Positions 9,044 through 17,523 of a DNA stretch of 64,000 nt are shown here, piece after piece; within the stretch, counting starts at the first letter, position 1; the number at the start of each line of letters is the position of its first letter. Both the position numbers and the translations under genes were made by a program. The stretch covers positions 864,001-928,000 of the forward strand of contig OZ241889.1 in the NCBI GenBank assembly GCA_965203355.1, given 5' to 3'. This DNA comes from Candidatus Latescibacterota bacterium. GTDB taxonomy: Bacteria; Latescibacterota; UBA2968; UBA8231. Below the pieces are notes generated by a model. The model was not told the DNA's origin, did not search any database, and worked only from the letters and a program-made list of their open reading frames with translations.

Positions 9044-10801
9044 ATGTGCAAAAGGTCTTTTATCTGCGTTCTGATGATAGCGTTTTCCGCAGCCCACGCC
9101 GAAGACGACGTTTTGCAGCGCGCCCTGCGCGATGAATTGGTGCGCTCAATGCAGCAACTCCAGCTCGAAGAGCTAGAGCAGCCCTGTTTCATTTCTTACC
9201 TCGTGCGCGAAGTAAAGTCCAAGAGCAGTTCGGCGACCTTCGGCAGCTTGCTCAGCAGCGACGAGGTACACGTGCGCGAACTCAGCGTTGAAGTGCGGGT
9301 CGGCGACTACGCGCTCGACCATACTAGTTTCCGCCCGTTTTCCTTCGACGGTACGGGTGTGGTGCGGATGTATGGGGGCGTTATGCAACTGCCCCTTGAG
9401 GACGACTACGACGAGTTGCGGCGCAAGATCTGGTTGGCTACCGACGGTGCCTACAAGAAGGCACTCGAAGATTTGGCGAGGAATCGCGCTACTTTGAAGG
9501 ACAAACCCTGCACCGAGGGAATGCTCGATTTCAGCAAAGAGGAGCCAGCCACCCAAGTAGAAGAAATGGCGCCCGTCGTCTTGGAGCTCGACGCGCTGGG
9601 GCAGCGTATGCGCCAGCTCTCGGGCCTGTTCCGCGAGATGCCTGACATCTACACGTCGCGAGTCCGGATCAACGGGTCCAACACTTCGATCCGCTACCTC
9701 AATAGCGAAGGCTCTTCCTTCTCCCGCACGAGTTCGGCGTTGACCTTCACCGCGGTCGCCGCTACCCAAGCTGCCGATGGGATGCCGCTGGAGGATTTTG
9801 TCGCGGTGTACGCCCGTTCACCGGAAGACCTGCCCAGCGACAGCGAGCTGGCCGTGCGGATCCATGCCATGGGCGATCGTCTGAAGCAGCTACGCCAGGC
9901 ACCGCTGGTTGAGCGCTATACTGGCCCGGTGATTTTCTCGGGCCAAGCGGTTACGGAACTGTTCAACCAGGGATTTGTGCCGTCCCTGCTGGCGACGCGC
10001 CGAGTGCTGTTCGGCGATCCGCTATACGAATACTACCCGCAGAGGAAGGAAAATCCGTTCCTCGACAAAGTTGGCGTGCGCGTCCTGCCCGAATTTCTCA
10101 GCGTGCGTGCCGCGCCGCTCATGGATGCTTATAAAGATCAGCCCTTGTTCGGCGGCTACCGAGTTGATGACGAAGGCGTTCCGGCGCGCCCGGTTCACTT
10201 GGTGCAAGAGGGTGTTTTGGAGACCTTGCTGACGACGCGTACGCCTGTGCGCGGCATTGACCAGAGCACGGGCAGCCGCCGCGGTCCGGGCGTCGCTCCC
10301 AGCAACATTTTGGTCGAGGCGGAGAAGGGCCTGAGCGAAAAGGATATACGCAAGGAATTTTTCAAGCTGATCAAACGGCAGCAAAAACAGTACGGCTATG
10401 TCGTTACTCGTATTGCCAACTCGTCGTACGAGGTTGCTGACTCTGAGGTTATGTATTTTTTTCCCGACACCGACCCCGACGAGGGCAAGCTGGCAAACGC
10501 GATCTCCGTCTATAAAGTCTATCTCGATGGCCGCCAGGAACTAGTGCGTAACGCGGAATTTGCGGGCATTGGTCTCTACACTTTCAAGGACATTGTGAAG
10601 GTGTCCAATACGCATGAGGTCAACACTGTTCCCTTTCGCTCGGAGGACAATTTTTCGCCTTTTTACGGCGATCCGGGAAGCGAAATTCCCGTGAGTATTG
10701 TCGCACCTCGCATGGTCTTGTTTGAGGATATTACGCTCAAGCCGCCGAGCGGCGAGATTCCCAAAGCGCCCGTGTCCGTGCATCCCTATTTTGACCAGTG
10801 A
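9044..10801 (+). CDS. PmbA/TldE-like non-catalytic partner with signal peptide
   Basis: Paralogous to the upstream gene (RVGDY, YTGPVI, DDEGV, PSNILV) but no HExxH. Leader ends AHA. ATG at 9044 after AGGAG. Confidence 0.82.
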   Translation: MCKRSFICVLMIAFSAAHAEDDVLQRALRDELVRSMQQLQLEELEQPCFISYLVREVKSKSSSATFGSLLSSDEVHVRELSVEVRVGDYALDHTSFRPFSFDGTGVVRMYGGVMQLPLEDDYDELRRKIWLATDGAYKKALEDLARNRATLKDKPCTEGMLDFSKEEPATQVEEMAPVVLELDALGQRMRQLSGLFREMPDIYTSRVRINGSNTSIRYLNSEGSSFSRTSSALTFTAVAATQAADGMPLEDFVAVYARSPEDLPSDSELAVRIHAMGDRLKQLRQAPLVERYTGPVIFSGQAVTELFNQGFVPSLLATRRVLFGDPLYEYYPQRKENPFLDKVGVRVLPEFLSVRAAPLMDAYKDQPLFGGYRVDDEGVPARPVHLVQEGVLETLLTTRTPVRGIDQSTGSRRGPGVAPSNILVEAEKGLSEKDIRKEFFKLIKRQQKQYGYVVTRIANSSYEVADSEVMYFFPDTDPDEGKLANAISVYKVYLDGRQELVRNAEFAGIGLYTFKDIVKVSNTHEVNTVPFRSEDNFSPFYGDPGSEIPVSIVAPRMVLFEDITLKPPSGEIPKAPVSVHPYFDQ

Positions 10802-11184
10802 GCAGGCCCGGAATGTTTATGCAGCGGTCCCAATTTATTAGAGGCACAACCACGATTTTTGGTGAGTGCGTCCGGGTCGGTGGAAAAACGCCTAAAGTAG
10901 CCCTCGCGTTGCCTAATCGAAGCCGACTTATTCGCTGTGAAACAACAAGAGAAATTGCGATTAGCCTGTCTCGTAGTCTATACAAAAATGTAGCTCTACA
11001 CGGACAAGCTCTGTGGGATTCTCGTACTTTGGAACTAGTCGAGTTCAAGGCGACACAAATCGCCAACCAGACATATTATTCGCCGGTGAAAGCCCTCGAA
11101 GAGATTTCTGAATTAGTAGGAGATCTATGGAAAGACACCGACGTCATTGACTTTGTTAATGAGATTCGTTCGGAAGGTACTTAG
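10798..11184 (+). pseudogene. Low-GC hypothetical protein, probably a C-terminal fragment
   Basis: Open 128-codon frame overlapping the upstream stop (GTGA), no RBS, GC drop at about 10.8 kb. Confidence 0.45.
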
Positions 11185-11240
11185 GTTGTGGTTTGTCTGG
11201 GGCATTAAAGAGGAAGCAACATCGGGCTGGGAAGGATTTT

Positions 11241-12548
11241 TTAGGCTGGGTTGAAGTCTTTTATCGTCAGTCCATCGTGTCTTTGGGCGGACAAGCCAAC
11301 GTTATTACACAGATCGAGGTTAAACAAGTTTAGGACGCGAATAATCTCGTCGCTGCTGCCAAGTGAGTATCTGGGAAATCGAGTGGAATCCATCGGGTTG
11401 CCTTGTAGGAAATCTATAGTTTGATCTGGCACAATTAGGAACGGCAAAGGCTCTCCGTAAATGTACACTTCCAACTCCAAAGCATATTCGGCGACCGGGG
11501 CTCCAGCATGATTCCTGAGTTTATCAATCCAGACCATCAAATTGGCAAACATGGTTATTAGCTCTCTGGCATATAGGTATCCTCCGGCGTGGCCCGGTTG
11601 AAATCGTAGCCAGCCTTCTGAACGGGAAGTAACCATACCTAGTTCAACGAGTCCGCTACAGTATATTTCTTGGTACGATTTTGTTGTCCCTCTTGCAATC
11701 TTTTCCATCCTTGCCCCGCGTAAAATCGGTCGGTACATCGGTTGCAAGCCGTACGTTGAAGAAGTTCTAAAGCCTCCACCTTCTAACTCGTAGGAATCAT
11801 CGCCTGAGTGTACCATAACGCTGTGCCAAGACAAATCATCGCTCAACGCCTTATGGCCGGGGTCAAACCATATTTCGTCGCCCAAAGGTGCAGCAGTTGC
11901 CCGGATGCCTATTGCATCCTGTTGCCAATTATCAAGGACATGGAATTCCTCCTTAAATCGTTTTGACCGTTCAGTAAGCAACGTATCGAGTTTTTCTGTT
12001 CCTCTTGCAAGATTGAGTACAAGGTCTTGGATTTCACGCATGGTCATTTTCTCGCATCGATCCGATCGTCGGATGGGACAAACAAGGCTAGGTTTGACGC
12101 GGTGTGGAGCCAGCCTTGAACGGCTAACACGAATTATGATGGCGCCGGCATCGCCTTGTGTTTCTATGTGGATGATTTCAATTCCCGGAATGTGTGGTTC
12201 TACGCAATCGCGGAATATCAACCCTAGGCGGTTTGCTAAGTCGGCGCAACGGGGAATGGGGGAAATTTTGTTGGCAACCCCCGGGCCATTTTCAGACTTT
12301 TCCTCGTCTATGCCCAGTATGAGAGCACCGCCGAAAGCGTTTGCAAAAGCGACAGATTCCTCAAGAATTTTGCTTTTCGCTTTCTTGCCTAGATTTCCAC
12401 TCTCATACCAAGAATCTTCTTGTCCCTTTTCTGCTGATAAATCCCTCTTGAATTCAATCCGCTCGTCTTCCTGTACACGCGAGTCAATCAATGCTTTCAG
12501 ATCATCAACGTCCAACTGGTAGGCAGGTTTGGTGAGTATGTCTATCAT
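11241..12548 (-). CDS. Schlafen/AlbA_2-domain protein
   Basis: QEDERIEFKR, VAFANAFGGALILGIDE, PH...RRSDRCEKM N-terminal domain; unrecognised C-terminal half. Confidence 0.85.
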   Translation of the reverse strand: MIDILTKPAYQLDVDDLKALIDSRVQEDERIEFKRDLSAEKGQEDSWYESGNLGKKAKSKILEESVAFANAFGGALILGIDEEKSENGPGVANKISPIPRCADLANRLGLIFRDCVEPHIPGIEIIHIETQGDAGAIIIRVSRSRLAPHRVKPSLVCPIRRSDRCEKMTMREIQDLVLNLARGTEKLDTLLTERSKRFKEEFHVLDNWQQDAIGIRATAAPLGDEIWFDPGHKALSDDLSWHSVMVHSGDDSYELEGGGFRTSSTYGLQPMYRPILRGARMEKIARGTTKSYQEIYCSGLVELGMVTSRSEGWLRFQPGHAGGYLYARELITMFANLMVWIDKLRNHAGAPVAEYALELEVYIYGEPLPFLIVPDQTIDFLQGNPMDSTRFPRYSLGSSDEIIRVLNLFNLDLCNNVGLSAQRHDGLTIKDFNPA

Positions 12549-12588
12549 GGGTCAGGTTTGTTCCTTTGTTGTCATTCTAGTTTCTCGG

Positions 12589-15500
12589 CTAGGAAACCGT
12601 GCGTCCAGCCATTTCAACCCACTCCGGTTCTGGCAAATCTCCGACGATGCGGTTGGTTTCCATGCTGACGCGGATGACGCAGGCGAGGAGTTTTAGCGGA
12701 TAGGATGGGTCGCCGATGGTTTCGGTGGCGTAGCAGTTGGCGTCGTTGACGATGCCGCTGGCTTTGTCGGTGGATACGGCCTGTCGATCCATGATCCATT
12801 TGAGGGCAGGTTTGCCGTTGACTTCGTAGTCCCAAGCGGCGGCGGGAATGTTGGTAACGGTAATGTTGCTGTTGTAGATGATCGTCGTGCGGTCGGGTGC
12901 TTTTTGGGAGCCGCCGAGTTTCATCTTTTGGACGCGGAAATAGGTTGTTGGATCGGTTCCGGCTGGCGCGTCCCAACTGCCGTTAGCAAATTCGAGCGGC
13001 CACGGGTCAACGCGGTCGAAGCCGACGTGTAGATCGCCTAATTCGCGTCCGGCCGCGGCGAGGGCGGTGAAGTGATCGGCGGCGGCGGCGAGCGGAATGC
13101 GCGGCAGTTCTTTGGCGAGATTGTTGGCGAAACGCTGGCGGTAGGATGGGAGGTGGAGCAGGCCGTAGATGTAGTGGAAAATGTCGCGTTTGGAAACGGC
13201 GTTTCCGTAAGCGGTGCGGAATTTGGCGAGTGCGTCGTCGGTGATGGCGTCTCGGCGGGTGTAGCCGTCGGTTGTGTCAGATTGTTGATTGAACAGGCCG
13301 GCGTCGTTGGTGGGTTTTTCGTAGAGGTAGAAAGGGAAGCATTGGGCTCCTGCTTCTAATAAGTTCAAATTGGGATGTCTATCAATCATCAGTACCGAGA
13401 AGGACCGTGAACCCACGCCTGTCACGCAGATCAGGCGATTTTCCACTCGGCTATGCGGGAAAATCTGCGGTATCTGATAAACCCGTTCGTTTAGACGCTG
13501 GCTGAAATATAGCCATTGTCGAGTGAATGGCCGGTAGATGGATGGTACGGTCTGTCCTTCGTCGAACTTCAACAATTTTCCACGGGCGAGCTCAGACTTG
13601 AGATTATCTGACCAACTAATTTTTTTGGGATCGTTGTTGATGAACCTGTTAATGAAGTCCTTACCGCTACTGGGACTTTCGGATTGAAACCGTTCGATCT
13701 CGGAATTATAGAAGCTGATCATTGACCGAATGTTCGCTTCGAGATTACTTGACGAAAAATTGCAACACCAAGCGTCGCGATTGGTGCCAACACCAAGTGA
13801 ATAGTTTACGAAAAATCGCGCTTTCGCTAGATCCGCTTCCTTTTTGCTTCCGATCACCGTAAAACGGACAAATTCCGTATCCCCTTGACCCAGCCAATCA
13901 TAATTTGCATCTGGCCTTATCCGAGTATAGCCATCCGATTGCGTGATACCGCGAATGCTACCGAATTGCCGGATCTTTTTGAGTTTCTCCTCTTGATCTA
14001 GGTAATCACCGATGTCGTGGAACAGAATACGCCCGTACTCTGTCGCCTCGGGATTTTTAACGAAGATAGTGATGGCGACTGGCGCACGAGATCCCGAGCC
14101 GAATACTTTGCCACCTTCTCGGCGAGATTGTTCACCCTGAGTCCGCTGATTACCCCGCAGATGGAATACGTAAAGGCTTGAGAACTCCTCGGCCAGACAC
14201 TTCCGCATTCCGTCCATCGAATTGCTATCAATCCAGCCCGCATTGGTCACGAATCCGATCACGCCGCTCTTGCCGATCCGATCACTCGCCCAACGAATGG
14301 CGCGAATGTAACTATCGTTTAGAAAGCGTTTTGTTTGAGCACGGGAATATCTTGCATAGCTTTCTTCGATGCGTCCATCCAATCCCGGATACTTCCTGTT
14401 TGCGGCGTTGTCATTCGCGCTTCGCTGCCCCGCCGACCACGGCGGATTCCCCACAATCACGCGAATATCCGTTTCTTTCTGTCGCGTCCGCCGCCCCGAA
14501 TTATCCGGCATGATCTGCGCCAGCAAATCGTCGCCTTCCTGCATTTCAAAGGTGTCGGTCAAACAAATGCCTTCAAACGGTTTGTAGTCCCCGCCAGCCA
14601 CATCGTGATAGGCCGTTTCGATATTCACCGCCGCAATGTAATAGGCCAGCAAAACGATCTCATTAGCGTGAATTTCGTGCGCGTACTTGCGCGGCAAATC
14701 CTCGGGCGCAATCAAACCCTGCTGCAACAGCCGCGTAACAAATGTGCCCGTGCCCGTGAATGGATCGAGAATGTGAACGCCCGCAGAACCCAACGTTTGG
14801 CCGAACTCGTCCTGCAAAACATCGTTCACCGAGCGAATGATGAAATCGACAATTTCCACGGGCGTATAAACGATACCCAACCGCTGCGTCGTACTGGGAA
14901 AAGCGGTGCGGAAGAACTTGTCGTATAGCTCGACGACGATCTTCTGCTTGGCCTCGTCCGTCGCCGCCCCGGCAACCCGCCGCCGGACGCTGGCGTAAAA
15001 CTCGTCGAGATTAGCCGTTTCCGCGCTGATATTCGCTGGCTTGAGCACATCCAACACATCTTGGATGCCTTGGCTAACCGGATTGCGCGAAACGAACTCG
15101 GCATCGCCAAACAGCGCGTCAAACACCGGCCCGGAGACCAAATGCTGCGCCAGCATTTCAATCGCGTCCGCGTCGGTGATGCCCTCGTTTAGATCGTCGC
15201 GCAACTCGGAGACGAACTCTTGGAAAATCTCCCGCTCGGCGTCGCCGGATTCAACGAGAGCCGCGATGCGCTCAATATGCCGCCGGGCAATGTCCGCCAC
15301 ATCGCCAGCCCATTCGTCCCAATACTTCCGGTCGCCGCATTTCTCAACGATTTTCGCCCGAATCGCCGCCGGCAATCCGTCGAACAAGGTCTGTTGCCGA
15401 TCCTCCGGTTGGATGCTCATTGCATCGGGATCCATCGCGGCCCCGCGCCCAATGCCCGGCCCATCCCCGGCCTGAGTCGCGGCTGGCCCCCAATCGGCTA

Positions 15501-17523
15501 GGGTGATGAGGCCGAGGCGGTCGCCCGGTTCGCCTAGTTCAATGCGGTTTATCATCCCCTCAAATCGCTCGTCATGGCTGCGAATCGCATTCAGCGTCTG
15601 CCAGACCACTTCAAACGCCTTGTTGTCGTTGAGCGCGGTTTCCGGCGGAACGCCCGACGGCACGACCACCGGCAGCACGACATAGCCCATCTGTTTGTTA
15701 GGTGCTCTACGCATGACCCGCCCCACCGCCTGCACCACGTCGATTTGACTCTTGCGCGGGTGCATGAAAAAAATCGCGTCCAACGCCGGCACATCGACCC
15801 CTTCGGAAAGGCAGCGGGCGTTGGTGAGCACCCGACAGCCGCCGTCCCGGTCGGCCTCGTCCAACCAGTTCAACGCGGCCGAACGCCGTATGGCGTTGAA
15901 GGTGCCATCGACATGCTGAGCCGCAACCGGATATTCCGCCAAATGCGTCCCCTCCTGCGCGCGGTATTCCTCGGCGACGCGGGCAAAGAGCCGCTCCACT
16001 TGCTGCGAGGATTTGATGTCGCGGCAAAAGGCAATGGCGCGGCGCATCCCGGCGCGGTCGTTTGCCGGGAACTGATCGGCGTCCACTTTGGCCAAGGCCC
16101 GCCAGCAGCCGAGCAGTTTGGCCCCGTCGTCGAGTTTCAATTCGCCGTCCTCGGCCAAGCTGCGCTGAATGGCCCGGGCCGCGGCGTCCTCCGGGACCGT
16201 CAGCACGATCACTTTGTAATCTGCTAGCAGACCCTGCTCCACAGCCGCGCCGAAAGTGAGTTCGTAGAGCAGCGGCCCGTAATGTTGCTCGTCTTCCATG
16301 GAGCATAGGGCGGCGGCCAGTTTGCCGGCTCGGGTCCGGGCACTGGCGGCATAGACCTTTGGCGTTGCCGTCATGTAAAGCCGTCGCGCGCAGCGGATGT
16401 GCTCGTCGCGGTGAATGCGCACGAAATGCGACGGGTCTTCGCCCTCGATCAAGGCTCCAGCCGTGCGGTGCGCTTCATCGCAGATCGCGAGGTCGAAAGC
16501 GGGCACTCCGTGTGCTTGCTGTGCTTGCTCGATTACCGGGCAAGATTGGTAGGTGGCAAAGACGACGGTCAAAGCATCCGGGGCGGGCGGGCTGCAACGG
16601 TCCGCGAGGCGGGCCGCATTCGTGGTGGCTGGAAACGCCAGATCCAGCGCGTCCATGTCGATGAGATCGTCGCGGCGGCGGCGGCGCTTGCCGACTTGTG
16701 AGTCGGAGCAAACCGCGAACGAGCGCAGCGGAATGGTTGCATCGCACGCCCATTCGCGCACTGTCTGCGCCATCAGGGCCAGACTAGGCACGAGATAGAG
16801 CACCCGCCCGCCCGTACCGGCAAGCTGTTCGGCGATGCGGAGGGATGTCAGGGTTTTGCCCGTGCCGCAGGCCATGATCATTTTGCCGCGACGGCCCAGC
16901 TCGGCTAAGCCGCCAGTGACTTTTTCCACGGCCTCGCGCTGATGCGGACGCAGGGCGCGTTGGTCGGCGACGCGGATTTCGCCGCTAGTCGCAAAGTCCT
17001 GCCAACGGATTGGGCTGGCCTGCAATTCCTGTAGGCCGATTCGCCGGACCGGCACGGCTTGGCTCCGCAGCATCTCCTCGGCTTGGGTGCTCCACTCGCG
17101 GCCAGTCGTGTCGATGATAAGCCGCTGCCGGAAATCCTTGCGGCCCGAAGCGGCCAAGAAGGAATCGATCTCGGCCTTGGCGATGCGGTGGCCCGCTGCA
17201 TGGAACTTGCACTGAATGGCGCACCAGCCCTCCTCGTCGCGCAGCTTGGCGACCAAGTCGATGCCGAGGTCTTGCGCCGACTGCTCGGGCTCGGCGTAGA
17301 ATCCCAAAGGCTCGGCCACCCGGTCGTTGCGCCGCGCCCAGTCCGAGTAGAGCAAGGGCGGCTCGTATTGCCGCGCTTGGAGCGGATCGTGCTGTAGGTA
17401 GGCCAAGCAAAGATGCTCAAAGGCGGTTCCCTTGTCGCGTTCGCGGCGGAACCCAGTCGCGGCGGCTTGTCGGCGCCAATCGGCGAGCAGTTCGTCCAAG
17501 GCGGTGATGTTGTCCTGTGTCAT
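12589..17523 (-). CDS. Type ISP restriction-modification enzyme (Mrr-like nuclease, SF2 helicase, N6-adenine MTase, TRD)
   Basis: GTAFE / DLGIDLVA / AIQCKF nuclease; ACGTGKT and DEAH helicase; DPFTGTG and NPPW MTase; YRPF and ELPRIP in the C-terminal region. ATG at 17523 after AAAGGA. Confidence 0.93.
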   Translation of the reverse strand: MTQDNITALDELLADWRRQAAATGFRRERDKGTAFEHLCLAYLQHDPLQARQYEPPLLYSDWARRNDRVAEPLGFYAEPEQSAQDLGIDLVAKLRDEEGWCAIQCKFHAAGHRIAKAEIDSFLAASGRKDFRQRLIIDTTGREWSTQAEEMLRSQAVPVRRIGLQELQASPIRWQDFATSGEIRVADQRALRPHQREAVEKVTGGLAELGRRGKMIMACGTGKTLTSLRIAEQLAGTGGRVLYLVPSLALMAQTVREWACDATIPLRSFAVCSDSQVGKRRRRRDDLIDMDALDLAFPATTNAARLADRCSPPAPDALTVVFATYQSCPVIEQAQQAHGVPAFDLAICDEAHRTAGALIEGEDPSHFVRIHRDEHIRCARRLYMTATPKVYAASARTRAGKLAAALCSMEDEQHYGPLLYELTFGAAVEQGLLADYKVIVLTVPEDAAARAIQRSLAEDGELKLDDGAKLLGCWRALAKVDADQFPANDRAGMRRAIAFCRDIKSSQQVERLFARVAEEYRAQEGTHLAEYPVAAQHVDGTFNAIRRSAALNWLDEADRDGGCRVLTNARCLSEGVDVPALDAIFFMHPRKSQIDVVQAVGRVMRRAPNKQMGYVVLPVVVPSGVPPETALNDNKAFEVVWQTLNAIRSHDERFEGMINRIELGEPGDRLGLITLADWGPAATQAGDGPGIGRGAAMDPDAMSIQPEDRQQTLFDGLPAAIRAKIVEKCGDRKYWDEWAGDVADIARRHIERIAALVESGDAEREIFQEFVSELRDDLNEGITDADAIEMLAQHLVSGPVFDALFGDAEFVSRNPVSQGIQDVLDVLKPANISAETANLDEFYASVRRRVAGAATDEAKQKIVVELYDKFFRTAFPSTTQRLGIVYTPVEIVDFIIRSVNDVLQDEFGQTLGSAGVHILDPFTGTGTFVTRLLQQGLIAPEDLPRKYAHEIHANEIVLLAYYIAAVNIETAYHDVAGGDYKPFEGICLTDTFEMQEGDDLLAQIMPDNSGRRTRQKETDIRVIVGNPPWSAGQRSANDNAANRKYPGLDGRIEESYARYSRAQTKRFLNDSYIRAIRWASDRIGKSGVIGFVTNAGWIDSNSMDGMRKCLAEEFSSLYVFHLRGNQRTQGEQSRREGGKVFGSGSRAPVAITIFVKNPEATEYGRILFHDIGDYLDQEEKLKKIRQFGSIRGITQSDGYTRIRPDANYDWLGQGDTEFVRFTVIGSKKEADLAKARFFVNYSLGVGTNRDAWCCNFSSSNLEANIRSMISFYNSEIERFQSESPSSGKDFINRFINNDPKKISWSDNLKSELARGKLLKFDEGQTVPSIYRPFTRQWLYFSQRLNERVYQIPQIFPHSRVENRLICVTGVGSRSFSVLMIDRHPNLNLLEAGAQCFPFYLYEKPTNDAGLFNQQSDTTDGYTRRDAITDDALAKFRTAYGNAVSKRDIFHYIYGLLHLPSYRQRFANNLAKELPRIPLAAAADHFTALAAAGRELGDLHVGFDRVDPWPLEFANGSWDAPAGTDPTTYFRVQKMKLGGSQKAPDRTTIIYNSNITVTNIPAAAWDYEVNGKPALKWIMDRQAVSTDKASGIVNDANCYATETIGDPSYPLKLLACVIRVSMETNRIVGDLPEPEWVEMAGRTVS

